Shown one piece after another: positions 41,236 through 57,649 of a stretch of 64,000 nucleotides of DNA (position 1 is its first letter; every line of letters starts with the position of its first letter). The stretch comes from the human T2T-CHM13v2.0 reference genome, Homo sapiens. The translations under genes and the position numbers were made by a program. Under the pieces are notes generated by a model. The model saw only the letters and a program-made list of their open reading frames with translations. It was not told the DNA's origin and ran no database searches. The stretch is from the NCBI RefSeq assembly GCF_009914755.1, contig NC_060933.1; one strand, given 5' to 3'.

Positions 41236-41841
41236 ATGCTGTCACCAAGAGGAAAAGGCATTGTCCAATTTCCCTTTGAATTTTCCAATTCATTTTCTGT
41301 TCTAGCCCAAGAGGTCTAGAAGTTTCATAATCTGTTAATTAGAGACATGAAGCTTAGGGAAGATGAAGGGAAGTAGAAAGAACTGCATTTAAGAGAAAGT
41401 AAAAAAGATAATCACTCTCTCCATATGGACTGTGGAAATGGTGATGTCGGTGTCCAACAATAGCTCCTTAAATCCCTCAAGTCCCACCAAGATGGCTTTG
41501 GGGAAGGTAATCAAAGGAGACACCCCCGTATGGTACAGGCCTAATTCAGCCATCTTTGGACCTAATGGTTTGAAGCCTTACAGATGGAAATTGGCCACTG
41601 AGCCATGAGCAAATCTGTCTGTCTGTGGGTTAATAGGGGAGATAACTCTAGTCTCCTTTAAATACATACAGGATTATTATTAAGACACCATCCGACTAGT
41701 CTCTATTCCTTCTAAAGAAGAACCAGGGAGAAATGGGCTTGAATTTCAGCAAGAAGAAATTTGTATAAACCTAAGAAAAAAAGTCTAAACAGCAATGGTG
41801 AGTAAGCACTGAAACAAGCTATAAAACAAAGCTATGAAGTA

Positions 41842-43164
<1,323 letters not shown>

Positions 43165-43469
43165 TATCAGTCTCCTGAGATTTTAAAAAATAAACTGGAC
43201 ACCTACCAAGATGATGGTCCAAATGCAGTGAAGTAGTTGGGCTGGAAGACCTTCCCCTATGCTCAGCACATGGTAACACCTCAAAAACAAATATTTATTA
43301 AAGATATTGAAGTTTCTTTGCTGTTGTTGATGACTAACCAGATAGAAGTATTTTAAACTGAGATCCTTAGACTACCTCTGTCAAAATCATCTGGGGTATT
43401 ATTTAAAATACAAGTTGTTAGGTATAGTTCTAGGTGTCATAAATTAAAATCTCTTGAGTTAGGGCCTAG

Positions 43470-43782
<313 letters not shown>

Positions 43783-45145
43783 AGGAACAGTTTTTTTAAA
43801 CAAGCACCCCAGGAAGTGTTAATGTACTCATTAAAGTCTGAGGACCACTGTAAATGTAATATAATCTATATCAGAACTTCAATTTCTTTATTCACATCTT
43901 CTCGTCCCTGCACCCCCACCCTCAACCCCACATTTCAAAGAAATAAATACTGCTTCCTCCTTTGAGCAGCGAAAAAAGCATCTCACAGCCCCCTGGCTTT
44001 CATGCCTAAATACAGCTCAGCAACCAAACTATATGAACATCCACAATGGCTCCCACCATGCTGTTTCCCCAGGGAAGTTACATAATAGGTTTCTGGCACA
44101 TACCACTGTTACTAGAATTACAAATGAACCCCCACCCCCATCTCTCCAGGAGTCTCGTGTGTTGAGTAAAACCACAACAATATATCTGCTGCTTAGAACC
44201 AGGGTGAAAAGAGTAGGGGTATGCTTGGAGAAGTGTGTGTGGTTTGCTGCATGGAAACTCAGTGCACCATCCTACCAGCTGCAGAGTCTGCGTGTGAGCC
44301 CTGTGTCTCTACATACTGGACTTGAATTTTTGCAAGACCCTATTAGGGTCCCCAGGAGAGCTCTCATATGAAGTCCAAGAAATCTGAGGAAAACGTGCAG
44401 CTTACATGATGGACTAATTTCATTTCAATAAAATTCCCATATTACATTCAATGTGCCTGGCTTTATTAAGTTTTGTCATAAACGCTGGGAACACTTCCAA
44501 ATTTAGGCTTGCACAATTATTTTTATTGGTGCGTTAACTAAAAATGGTATATGCATAAGTCAGAGTGTACATTTGACTTCATCTGGGGAGCTAAAATGAG
44601 CTTTAGGTTGATTTATAGTCATTTTACCCCAGTAAATGAGATACAGGAAATAGGGGTTAGAGTTTCTGATCACAGCATTTCTAAATCCATCCCAGTTCCA
44701 TCCACGGCTCTGCCATGTATCTAATGAATTTAAATTCCAAATGTCTATCGGCAACCTGCAAAGTCACCAAACAAAGAGGCTGGCTTACTTTCAGACCCAG
44801 AGCCATCCAAACTGGGCAAAAAAATAGAGGTTTGTTGCACTAAAGTGGGACTGGGGAGCTCTCGGTGCTTTGAAAGGTTTTAATTGCTATGGAAAAAATC
44901 CTTTCAAAGATTTTTTTCCCTCAACATGGGCCCCTTGGAAACTTTTCATAGGGGAACTGTAAAATATTTATACAGCTAGCAGCACTGTTAAAAAAAAAAA
45001 AAAAAGCAAGAAAGAAAGAAGCATAGCACTGAATGAAAAGCAGACTTGAAGTGAGCCTTGCAGATTCAGGGGACCAGGGAGGGGAGGTTGCTGTGATTCC
45101 AACCCCTGGAAACAGGATTAATCCCTACCAACCATGCCCACAGAC

Positions 45146-45318
45146 AGGGCCCACTTCACCGGCATGTGACCTGGCACTTAGAAGCGTCCTGCGTCTAGTT
45201 GAATGCTCTGCTGTAGCCATTTTGAAATTTTTGATTTTTGAACAAGAGACCCCGTGTTTTAATTTTGCAACGAGCCCTGTTACGTTACGTAGCCTTGCAT
45301 GTTACGTAGCTGGCCCAG
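45146..45318 (+). mobile_element. MER53 (hAT)
   Basis: cagggccc...ttgaatgctctgctgtagccattttgaaatt...tttttgaacaagagacccc...tttaattttgca...gtagctggccc. Confidence 0.75.
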
Positions 45319-45866
45319 CTCACAGAACTTCCCCAGGACCGCTGTCTTCAGACATTTCAGTATGGTCCTCCCACCCCTTCCTCCCTGTTGGCTTTTCTTT
45401 TGCTTTCTTTTTCTGGAGGTATCCACAACACCGACCCTTTGACAGTCCTCAGTGGCATCTGCTCCACTTCCCATCGGTATGTCTGGCTGGCATACACACT
45501 GCCCACGCAGCTTTGTCACCCCAGGACATATGAGGCGAACAATCCATATTCAAAACCCTAGAAAACATGAACCTGAGCTTGTGAATAGACCAAAAAGTAT
45601 AGAATTTTGTAGTTTAAAGGAACTACAACATTCTTGTTTTGTAGAGTAAATTAGTCCTGGAGAGAGGAAGGAAATTTCCCAAGGCTACTTCATTTATTAA
45701 TATCAGGTTGGGGACAGGACCTGATATACATGCTGCTAGCTCACTCTGCAGGCTCTATAAAAAGGGTTAAGATGAACAAGTATAGTCCCCAAACTGTCCC
45801 CAAACTCATGTGAACTCTGGCTTCAGTCTTTTCTCAACACTTCAATCAACAATGACGTTATTAAAG

Positions 45867-46173
45867 AGCCGGGCGTGCTGGCACACGCCTGCAATCCCAG
45901 CACTTTGGGAGGCCGAGAAGGGCAGATCACTTGAGGTCAGGAGTTTGAGACCAGCCTGGCCAATATGGCGAAACCTCATCTCTACTAAAAATACAAAAAT
46001 TAGTGGGCTTGGTGGTGTGCGCTTGCAATCCCAGCTTCTTGGGAGGCTGAGAGGGGAGGATCACTTGAACCCGGGAGGTGGAGGTTCCGGTGAACTAAGA
46101 TCACACCACTGTACTCCAGCCTGGGCAACAGAGCGAGACTCCGTCTCAAAAAAAAAAAAAAAAAAAAAAAAAA
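45867..46173 (+). mobile_element. Alu (AluS-like)
   Basis: Full dimer, long A tail. Confidence 0.95.
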
Positions 46174-49100
46174 GATGCTATCAAAGAAAGGCTGGAAAGA
46201 TAATCATTTTCTCCACACCAACCCCCCAAATATTTTCATTCCTCCCACTCCTTATCTTTTACTGATGAAGATATTTGGTAGCAAAAACAACAGATGTAAA
46301 TTGCATGACCTCTTCATGGCTCTAGCCTACCACTGATGCTGTCAACCTGGTAACCCTGTAGAAAGGAAGAGAAGAATCCAAGGGCCCAGAAAACCCGCAA
46401 AGTGGATAATTAACACCAGAGAAATCAAGATTTGGCCACTTCATCATAGCTAAAATACTAAGGGGCAGGATGAGACACAGTCCCGAAACTTCCTACCAGG
46501 GGAAATGGGTTGCAGAATTACTACTATCTCGTCAATCAGGAGGGAACCTCTTGTCTCAAGGCTGACTTAATTGCCATAATTCAATTAACATGCTTCCACT
46601 AATTATATAAGCTTTTAGATGACAGTTCAACAGTAGCACCACTGAGAGTAAGCCATTTTTTTTTTCGTTTTTAAACTTAGTCTTAGTTAATTATAAGTAA
46701 ATTGCATTGGTTTCTTTTTCACATCCTGCCTTCAACTATTTTGTTACAAAATAATATCACATAATTTAAGAGCTCTGGATCTTTGGCAAAAAAAAAAAAA
46801 ATAAGGCATGTATACCATGTGCAAAACTGTAGCATTCATAAAGAGACAAGCCCCTTCTTTTCTTTCTTCCTTCCTGTTTTTCTTCCTTCATTTCTTTCTA
46901 GATGCCAATTCTTATGAAATATTAAATGAGATAAATAACAATCATATTAATTGAAATGAACATCTATTTTATAAATTCTCAGATCTAGAACAATGTCTGG
47001 CTCAATACAGATTTGTTAAATAATTATAAATGTTAATTATTGGATGAGATACTTTGGGGCATGGTAGAGAAAGTCTGAGGAGGGCTAAAAGCCCTAAGAT
47101 CTAATTTAACAGAGTGTATATGTTCTTTCATAAGATAAGATGTAAAAGCAGGAACACAACAAATCAGTCAAAAACTACCTGGAATTTGAAGATACTGAAG
47201 AGGAATGCAGAGTATACATCATGAAAATGGTAAATCAGATTAACTCTTCCATTGAGAAAGATAAGAAGATGGGTTTTCAATGTCAGTTATCTTATCTACA
47301 TACAAATGAAAGTTGACAAATGTAAATTACTTGCTACAAACCAATGGACAGAGGATCCATCACAGTTGGATACATTTCGACAAAGCAAAGGATGCCACAC
47401 TAGAATTGGCCCAGTGCTAATTTGCATAACAGCAAAGATTCATTTTGATACACCTTTATAGAGTTCATTTTCAATGAAAGTGCATATTCTTTGTACCAAA
47501 GCATACCCAATTCTTCTATATTTTCATGATTTATGATTGAGCAGAAATCTACAGGTATGTCAGAAATTTTAATAGATATTCAGGACTCCAAAGATAATTC
47601 ATGAGAGCAGAATTAGAATTGCTACTTTTTTTTTCCTTGAGGGCTATTTTTTTCACTTTTCTACCTAGCACTTCATTTTACTCAGACCAAAAGTTTCTCT
47701 TATGTATTTTGATGAGGCCACAGGAAGTATGAAGAGTACAGAAAAAGTAATTATATTCCCACTAATATAATCATATAAACAGGCTAGTGTTAGCTCAGTT
47801 AGTGAGAAAAAGACATTTTAAAGTGGAAGCAGCCACCATGCTATGTAGGGTTAACATGACAAAGGAGACTCCGACCCAGGAAGATGAGAATAACAACTCC
47901 CCATCTTCAGGTCTCAGACTGTCAGATCCTTATGGAAACTTTCCTGCCTTTTCCCCAGATGTTAGGCCTCTGGTTATTGGCCACTTTTACTTGTAGAACA
48001 CTGATCAGTTGAAATTCATTAATTATTAGCAGTCCATGAATGCTTGTTCTTCCAAAAGGCCTGAATGTCCCTGGAGTCCATGTTTGCTCACCATAATGTT
48101 TCTGGCCTGGTGCTTCTCTGCCTGCTCTAAGTATTCTTATGGAGTCAGGAAAAGAAAGTAAGGCTCCTTTCTCATTCTGCCAAAGCCCCCGTATTAGCTG
48201 GAACTCTTTCAATTGCACGTGATAAGCATCTAGCTTAAATTACTTTAAGAAGGCAATAAGGCTTAAAGGCCAACACACTTATAAAACCCAACCTTGAAAA
48301 GGCCAGTCTTGAGACAATATCCTTTCACTTTCCACTCAAGACACTCCAAGGAAGGATTCAGATTGGCTCAGCATAGGTCATGGGTCCACATCTTGGACTA
48401 ATCTCTTTGGCTAGAAGAATATGGTACAAAATCCACCCAACCAGAATCCAGTGACCACTTCTGCGACTGAGGAAGGTGCAGAGTGCTGTGTTCCCAGCCC
48501 TGCCAGCCATAGATAGCCCTGTGTTGTGGGAGAAGTTGAAAGTAGCAAGAAGGGAAGGGTCAGGAGGATGCTGGGCATGTAAAACAAAGATGCACATGGA
48601 GGCCCCCAGCCTCCATCTAGAGGAAGATGAAATGTTTCTACAGTTCTGGATTTTCAATAACAACAGCCTTGATATGGGCAGCTTTTATTTTATTTCATTT
48701 TTTAAGAGCTATATGGATTCATAACAGTTCAAATGATCATTTCTATCTCTATTAGACCCTTTTGTAAAAAAAAGTATGCCCACATGCCAGTAGCAATATT
48801 TAACAATTTAATTCAGAGTGCTACCATTAGTTACTTTTGATTGACTTAGAAAATAATACATACATCATGTTTTATTTTGAGGAAAAGTCTGAGAGTAGTA
48901 ATCAGATCGGGGCAAAACGTACTCATCTACTTCATTCTTAAGGATGGTTTATTGCTCCTATCCATGGGAGCACGGAGTGACCAGTAATATCTGATTCTTC
49001 TGGGACCCCAGAACTCCTTGCTGTTTTCCTGTGTGCTCAGATGTTTTCTCGTGCTAAAGCTATACATGTAAATCAAGCCCTCTTACACAGAGATGTGGAC

Positions 49101-52100
49101 AAGGGGACTGATTTTTTTCTTTATGAGTTATACTTTCAGCCCACATGTGGCTGCACATGAAATATCAATTTTTTCCTCTTTTTTACTTAGCGTGACATCG
49201 AGCCTCTTCTCTATTTACACAGGACAGAAGAAAAGTTCGAAGAGGTAAAAGGGTCACTGGGCCCATTATCCTGGCCATCTATAGTTTTCTCCTGCCATTT
49301 CCTCTCATCCATCATTGTCCTCCCTAAAAACTCATCTATGTCCCTTGAGTTTTGATTATTTTTCCTTAGGTAATGCCCCTTTTAGGGAACCTATTTGAAG
49401 ATCATTATATTCTCTGCAAAGTAGTTTGGCCAGAACTTTCCTGTTGATCCCAATTTTCTGTCTACTCAGATTCTGCTTTCCTTGTTCCTGCCATGCAGGG
49501 AATATTTGCATTCTTTCTGATTGTGGGGAACTGTGCAGTAATCTTACACCATATGTATTTTTATATTGAAAGTCATGAGATCTTTATTTTGCATTCCTTA
49601 ACCATGACCCATCATCCATTTCCCATCCTTCACAAGGGCAACCCGGGTCGGCATGCATCTCCACCAGAGAATTCCCAGAGAAGCTCGGGAATTTGGTCCT
49701 TTTATCTCTCGCTTTTTTGGCAAGGGGTGGGGGCTGGGTATGCTTGCTTGTTTACATTGAGAGAAGCTCTTTTAAGTTCCAGTCTCTCCAACTGTCTAAC
49801 CCCCACGTACTCTATGCTCATAACACCGATGCCATGATAGTTTAAGTTAAAAACTAAGCACAGACCCAAGGGAGTAAAGAAGGGGCCTAGATGGGAAATG
49901 AATCAGATATTGAAACACTTGTGCCTCAGCCACTCATCTTTTCTCCCTTACAGAAGAAGAAATGTAGTGATGGATGATTCTGGGGACAAAGGATTTTCAG
50001 CCTTTTCCATTGCTGTATTCTGCAGAACACTGTTTCTAGGAGATGTGAAAAAAGTGTTCGCGGGTCAAATAAGTTTTGGAAATAGCATATTGGAATTCAC
50101 AGAACACATTAGCATATTAAAGACTCTGACAATTTCACATTAAATAAACCTGTTTACCTTTGTTTACCTCAGCATTCCCTAAACTTATTCGAGCTTGAAA
50201 CATTTGCCCCAGTTTACGCGGGGCGACCTGCAGAACGACATTCCTCGGACTACCCAATTAGAAGACAAAGAAATACAATTTTATTATCTCAAAAGTGACA
50301 GCCTCTTTGCAGACATTAAGGACAAGAGTTTAATTTTCTTCCCCAGTTATTGTTCACTGCCTGCTCTCAGAGGCTGGAGCCATGGGTCTTATTGACTCAG
50401 AGGCAGAGCTCCGAGGGCGGGTTCTTGACATTTTGAGTGAGACAACAGGCAGGCGAAACAGGCTCTATGGAGAGGGAAAGGATTTTTAAAACTTTCTTTA
50501 GCTCCAGTTTGACATATCTGGGGATAAGTCTGGTGGAGTGGACAGAATTTTACATGAGGGACATCTAGGCAAGAAGAGGAAGTGGGAAGGAAAGCCCATT
50601 TCTTCTAGTGCTGGCAACATTAGGAGGATAATCGTGGCAAGAAAGGGTGGAAAGTGAATTGATCAGCTCTGTTCCAATCTCCCCCCCTGGGCCTTTGCTC
50701 TAGAGACAAGGAAGGAGTAGTGAGTAAATATGGAAGTACTCAAGTGCCCAATTCCTACAGAAGGCCTTGGGTTTAGCCGCTGGCATGGACAGCCAAAATA
50801 AGTGTTTGGAATTTCATTTTACTGCTCAGCTCTAGGCTTCTCTATGGCGTGGCTGACACCCACACATTCCACAGCAGTCAAGGGCAGATAAATTGTCAGC
50901 GAGCCTTGCTTGAGGCCAGATAGGTCTAGTGGTACTGCTCTACAGTGATTCTTAGTGTCACACAGAACCAGGATGAAGAGGCTGACTCAGCCACAAAGGG
51001 CCACTAGACCCTGATCAAGATGAGAGAAGCTGGTACACAAGGTCTGCCAGCCCTGCCTTTAGTATTTGTACCAGCAGGAATCGAGGGCAAAACAGGGGCA
51101 CTGTGTGGTCTCTGACCACTCACTCCATCCTCTACAAGATCATGTGAGCCCTGCTGCTTGCCCAGCTGTGCACTTGATGCCCTGTTGTAGAGATCTGGGG
51201 AAAAGGGGCACAGATGATTGAGACATATATAAGGAAACATATATAAGAAACTATATTTTCTCTGCATGTATGAATTTTAGTGTGATTGAAATTTCAGCAT
51301 TGCTACATAATTTTTTTTTTTTTTTTTTTTTTTTGCTATCCACTGAAGCTTAGATGGGACCACTTAATCTCGAGGTATTTGTTTTCCCTCAAACTGCAGG
51401 ATTGCCACAGCAAACCCAGAAGTGTGGTACTGTGATTATTGATTGATTGGACCATGGGCTACTTCACTACAGAGACCTAGTTTCATTCATCTTTCTCCCA
51501 ACACATAGAGTAGCACCTTAATATAATATGCATTCAATAAATGATAGTTGAATGAATGAATGAAATACACTTAGGCTCTGCACCTCAGTAGATGCTCTAG
51601 GGGGAACCTCACCTATGGATTCCTTTTGACTAAAGGAAGAAAAACGAGTCTTCCTTGGAGAGTTTGATGACAGCTACCTTTCTTCATAGGTCTATGTCCT
51701 TTCTTCTTTTCCTTACCTCTTCCATCTCTATTCAATTACTTTCTTTTTACTCTGCCTTTTTTGGAAATGCGTTGGAGATGGAGGTAGCTGGCAGAATGGA
51801 AGAGTGGTCCTGCCATTGAGTTTTCCCAAATCCTCCTAAACTGTCACTCAAGAAGATTCTTAAATTTCTATGGCAATTCTTGGCTTAAAGAAAAAAAATC
51901 AGAGCGCTCTGTTCATAGCATGATAATCTTACTAATCACTCCATGATTTTCCCTGTCTTTATCCTGCACTCTGTGCCCTTCCACCACTGTGAGCTCTACA
52001 GGCCAGATGCAGGTGGCATGGCTTTGTAGTTTTTATACTCTCCTCTGTGATCCCATGAGGCTTTTCTCATACTTTTATGATGACACATTTTGTTGGATTA

Positions 52101-52979
52101 TAAGTGAACTGATTTGCATGTCTATTTTCTCCTATAGACTGCAAGCTCATTGAGAACCTTCGCTTTCATTGTTGTATCTTCATGTTTTATGGTGCTTCAT
52201 ACAATGCGGACATGTAATATATGTTTGCTAACTGATCAAACTGTATATCTTATGAATCTTTAAAAGCAGAAAAAAGGAAAAACTTACTTTCCCAATGTTT
52301 GTAAGTCTTTATATTTTTCTGTCCCAACCAGCTCATCAAGCCTACCAAACTTCTGCCCTTCCTCCAACCATTCCTCTAGCTGAACATGCCAGAATATTTC
52401 CAGGAGCACCCAGGAGGACATTCAGAAATAAATCCATTTGTATCCTCCTTCTCTGACTGCTTTGATATGGGCCCCTCCCATATCACATCGCTCAGGAACA
52501 GTCCTACTTCCCTGCCTGGGGAACCTCTGACAGCTCCTGAAGATGCAAAGCTCTCAAGTTGTAAAATGGTGCTGAGTTCCCTTCAGACCTCACTGCACTG
52601 GAGCCATACTGAGATCCAGCAGAAATATGAAGAAGATTCCCTCTTTTCTGCTTGTGTCCTTCCCACAAAAGCCAGAAAAGATGTGTGTTTTGGTAGCTGT
52701 CTCTGGAAAGGGACTACTCCATGGCCCCTTTCAGGTCTCAGTGCCAAAAAGAAGTCTTCTCTAGATTCCCAACTAAGGGTTAAATGCATATGTGTACTCT
52801 TATCATACTTGTAGCTTTCTTTTTCATAATCTTATCATGATGGATTGCAAGTGCCGATTGACTTAACAGTTTCTTCCATTAGCCTGACAGCTCTATGGAG
52901 GCAAAGATAATACATTGTTCATTCTTATACTCTCTTTACTCATCTTTATGTGTGGCATACAATAATGGTAATAATAGTA

Positions 52980-53240
52980 ATAATAATAATACTCATAGTG
53001 AATATTTGTATTGTGCTTTCTCTGGACCAGATACTCTTCTAAGTGCTTTGCCTATATTAGCTTATTCAGTCCACGTGACAACCCTTTAGGCAGATACTAT
53101 TATTATCTACATTTTACATGAGGATAAACTGAGGTACAGAGGGGCCAAGTAACTTTCCTAAAGTCATCAAGCAGGTAATTGGTGGAGCTTAAATTTAAAC
53201 ACAGGAATCAGTCACCAGAGTTCATGTGCTCAATCACTGG
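52980..53240 (-). mobile_element. MIR
   Basis: cattttacatgaggataaactgaggtacagaggggccaagtaactttcctaaagtca. Confidence 0.78.
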
Positions 53241-53640
53241 ACTACACTCCACTATGCTACACTACACAACTTGATACATTGTTACTCTGGATAAGGAGCT
53301 CAGCTTGGAAGCCCACATAGACTGGGCCAAGGCAATCACCCTCTCCAGGGTGCTGAGGGGACTCCTAGCACAAGGAATAGAGAGCTTATGTTTATGGATG
53401 GGACGGGGAATGTGAACAGGATGCAGGAGTGGAGAAGGCTAATAGAAGAGTGACTGGTTGGAGAACCCAGAGGAGAGTCGGTGGCACACTTAGCAGCTGG
53501 TATAAGCAGGAAATTTGAAATAGACAAAGAAATGCCTAAAGGGGATTTTTGGGTAACTTTCTTTGTGGGGCAGTCTCTAAAATTCCCCTGCCACTTCTTC
53601 TAGAAAAGGTACAGATCTACATTATTCTTTAATTCAGTTG

Positions 53641-53948
53641 TTTTTTTTTTTTTTTTTTTTTTTTTTTGGCAGGATCTCACTCTGTCACTCAGGCCAGAAT
53701 ACAGCGGTGTGATCACGGCTCACTGCAGCCTCGACCTCCCCAGGCTCAGGTGATCCTCCCACCTCAGCTTCCTGAGTAGCTGGGACTACAGGCATATGCC
53801 ACCGTACCTCGCTAATTTTTATATTTTTTGTAGAGATGGGGTTTCACCATGTTGCCCAAGTTGGCCTCAAATTCCTGGGCTCAAGTAATCCTCCCACTTC
53901 AGCCTCCCAAAGTGCTGGGATTACAGGTATGAGCCACCGTGCCTGGCC
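53641..53948 (-). mobile_element. Alu (AluJ-like)
   Basis: Poly-T plus reverse dimer. Confidence 0.93.
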
Positions 53949-54652
53949 TAGCTTTTTCTTTAAGGAAAACATCTTGTTAAGACTGGACCAAGTGGAGTTC
54001 CAGAATTTGAATCCATTTTATAAGCAAGTAGTGAGGTGTGTGAGTTGAATGCTACAGCCTCAACTCTCTTTGAATCTCCTGGGGGAAGAATGAGGAGAAA
54101 TGGCTCAGGTCGGAGCCTGAAGCTAGCTGTATCTAGGATTTCTGATCAAGTTCCCTTATGTTTTGGAGATTGGGGGGACGTGCATTCAAGAAACTGCAAA
54201 AGAGAAAGAGGGAAGGAAAGGTTGAGATGGTGCAGAAATAAGAACAAGAGAAAGTGAGAGAGGATGTAGAAAAACCTGCTTCTTTGATTTGCATGGTGTG
54301 ATTTCTGAAATTGCTCCAGCCTCTACAGGATTTATGTGGCTTCATTAATCACACTTTCTTTTGAAATGGAATTTTCTGCCTCAAAGCCTTTGAACGTTGA
54401 CATTCAAATACAGTATATTCTTTTAAAATCACCTCTGGATAAAGACAACACTGTTGAGGTAATTCCCCCAGATTGCAGGTGGAGTCTGGTCCTCTGATCT
54501 TGATAATACACTGAAAATAGGACCTCCCTTCAGAAAACAGAGACGTCTGGTAAGATTAGGATACTGGATGCTGACACCCTGGGCCAGGAATCCTTGGAAG
54601 AAAAAAACAGAAAGAAAGAAAAAGCCCCTGGTCTTTGATGAACGACAAAAAG

Positions 54653-54671
54653 CAGCGCCATCTAGTGGCAA
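54653..54671 (-). promoter_or_regulatory. CTCF core motif
   Basis: Minus strand TTGCCACTAGATGGCGCTG matches CCASYAGRKGGCRS fully; adjacent CpG cluster (ccggcgcg...ccgg). Confidence 0.75.
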
Positions 54672-56225
54672 TTTCGCTTATCCCGGCGCGTCTTGACCGG
54701 GACCTCCCTGCCTGGCTCTTTGCTTATTATCAGAGGGACTGGAACACACAAGTTCACCATTCTAGGGGCCGCATGACCTGCAATCAAATGACAGAGCTTA
54801 GGTGAAGACATGCACGTCTTACAGCTGCTGCCAATCAGAGTGGCACAACCCAAGGCATGTTTATTTTTGGTTGACTTTGGTATGCTGGGAAGTCCGTACA
54901 AAGAACATAGAACAAAGATTATGGCTCTGGAAAGGAAAGGAAGGGAAGGGGAGTACTGGTCATCAGGATTCACACCAGATATACATCCCCTTACCTAATT
55001 CACATAATCTCTCCGGTTTGCTAAGAAACCAAAGTACAAAGAGGTCAAGTCCAAAGTCAAGGAGTCAAGAGTGGCAAAGGCAGGATCTGAATCCAGGTCT
55101 CTTTAGAAAAGCTTTGTCTCAGATTTAGCTTTTGTCAGAATTTTCCTCCCTGCAAGGCCCACATTTCCAGGCCTTGCCACAGATCTTCAGCTTTTAAGGG
55201 TGATGTTACTAGTTAAGTGATAACATAACAGTTAGGAGCACCGGCAGAATTGTCAATGTCTCATGCTTCCTATGGCTGAGCTACAGAGGGAAGAAATAGT
55301 CCCTTCATCATCCCTCAATTCTCGGATCCTGTGGATGAAATTGCAGCAGCTGTTGGTGGGTAAGCACTTTCTTTTCGCAAAGCCACCACCAGCTGACACT
55401 CTGGGTCCACTGCTGCTCCAGTGTCCTGCACCTTAGGAGCGCCGCCTCCCCACCACTGCTACCATGGGGCCTGCAGCAACAACCTCTCTGGCCAGCAGTA
55501 CTCCCTGAAAGTGAATTCCATCCATTCAGATTCTGATGTAATAAATTATTTTCTATGCATTGGCATATTTTTATTGGAAAAAAACCACTTATTCTTCATA
55601 ATTTGGGAATAGATGTTGGTTTTTAAATAAGAGAGTATTCATTGTATGACTAATTTACTTTGAATTCAATTTATGACTTAATCAGAAAATAAATGTTAAT
55701 TTCCTTTATTTATGAAAGCTCACTAAAATGTAGGCATAGAAAATATTGTAATATAAACCCTTTCCAATTCAATAGGTTAATGGTGGAGATTAAGAAGATA
55801 ACTCTGACCCACTATACTGGAGGGAGCAAGCAAGAAAGAGGCATTTAGGTAAAGCCATAAGCTTATGGTAATAAAGCAAGCATATGTAGTTCTGAATTTT
55901 TAATTCAGGTACTCAATTACAGTTACATGGGTAAAATTTTTTTTGCTTGAACAAACTCTAGTAGATCACTGACTGCTGCTACACCAACACGAGGGACAGA
56001 AAATAACAGATTATACAGCGAATTAAGACTTCTTCTTGCCATGGTAGTTGACTCTGAGGAAGAAAAGAAAAAAAAAAAGCTTTCCTGACTTTTCAATGAG
56101 CAAATGATGTTATAATTTGAATAAACGGATCCAGGGAATGACAATGCAACTGGTGAAAACTACAGTTGTCAAAGCCATGTGATCAAAATCAGGATTCTGT
56201 CCTTTTTCTAATGTTTCCTCATTAA

Positions 56226-56585
<360 letters not shown>

Positions 56586-57649
56586 TGAAATGCTTTATAA
56601 TTGACATTTTGGAGAGACAGTTTTTGTAAGATTATATCATAGTCTCCCTGATGTTTCATGAACAGGTATTACGTTTGGTATAAAATATAGACAATATGGG
56701 CATGGAAATAATGGGGCCTTTGAGATATTTCTCAAATGATTCTACAAAATTTAAAAGCAGATAATTTCTCAATGTAATTCAAAATTAGAATTTTCTCTCA
56801 TAACTTGGGCTTTAACATTTCTGAAAACTAACTCAATGTTGTGTTGGTTTTAGAGTAAAAACACATTTTAACAACAGCAAGAAGGAAACCCAATGTCAGC
56901 AAACTCTTTGTTGATGAAAACAACCATTGGTTATTATGACACTCAGTCACAATAACCTCATGAAGAGTGAACCAGGACTGCAAACTTGGACATGGATCTG
57001 GCCACTCAGTAGATCCTGACTCTTCTTCTACCCCTGGATTGTAGTCTACTTAATCACATTTTTTAAAAAAAAACTTCTGAAGTCAATGGTAAAGAGTCCT
57101 TTTGCTAATGGAAAACTCACTCTAGAGAGTCTATCAATGGAGGCTGGATGGTGGGTGAGTGCACAAGGCAGCCTTAAAATAGTAAGAAGAAATATGATTT
57201 GTTGCATGCCTGCCAGGCACCAGTGTTGCATTTCTACCATGTGCTCCTGTTCTAAGTGGCTTCTGTTTGTTTGTATATTATTCTTTTAATTATCAAGGTA
57301 ATATCATCTCCCCTCTCTCCACCATTTTTTGTTTTGTTTTTTTTTTTTTTTACTGTGAGAGCTTAGATAACTTGCCCAAATTCAAGTTGATTTATTTGGT
57401 AGAGTCAGGAAGGTTTTGTGCTCTTTCCTAGCTAAGTTGGGAGCACTGTCATCCAGGGGAAAAAGGCCTCTCTTGGTGAGACAGAGGAGAGAAAACAGGA
57501 AGTGCTCCCCTGGTCCAAGCAGTTGCCCTGTGTCCCTATGCAGAAAGTTGAGTCCAGATTGATTGTCATATTCTGACTTCCCCTCCCCCACTGCTTTTCT
57601 TTTAAACAAGGCAGTAAATTTGTTAGTAGTTTGGCAACTGAACTCATGG

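Noticed and set aside
45033-45533. 166-aa ORF
   Set aside because: Crosses a MER53 fossil; no recognisable domain or splice support.
52386-52814. 142-aa ATG ORF
   Set aside because: No recognisable homology or gene context; 3' end runs into L2-like sequence.
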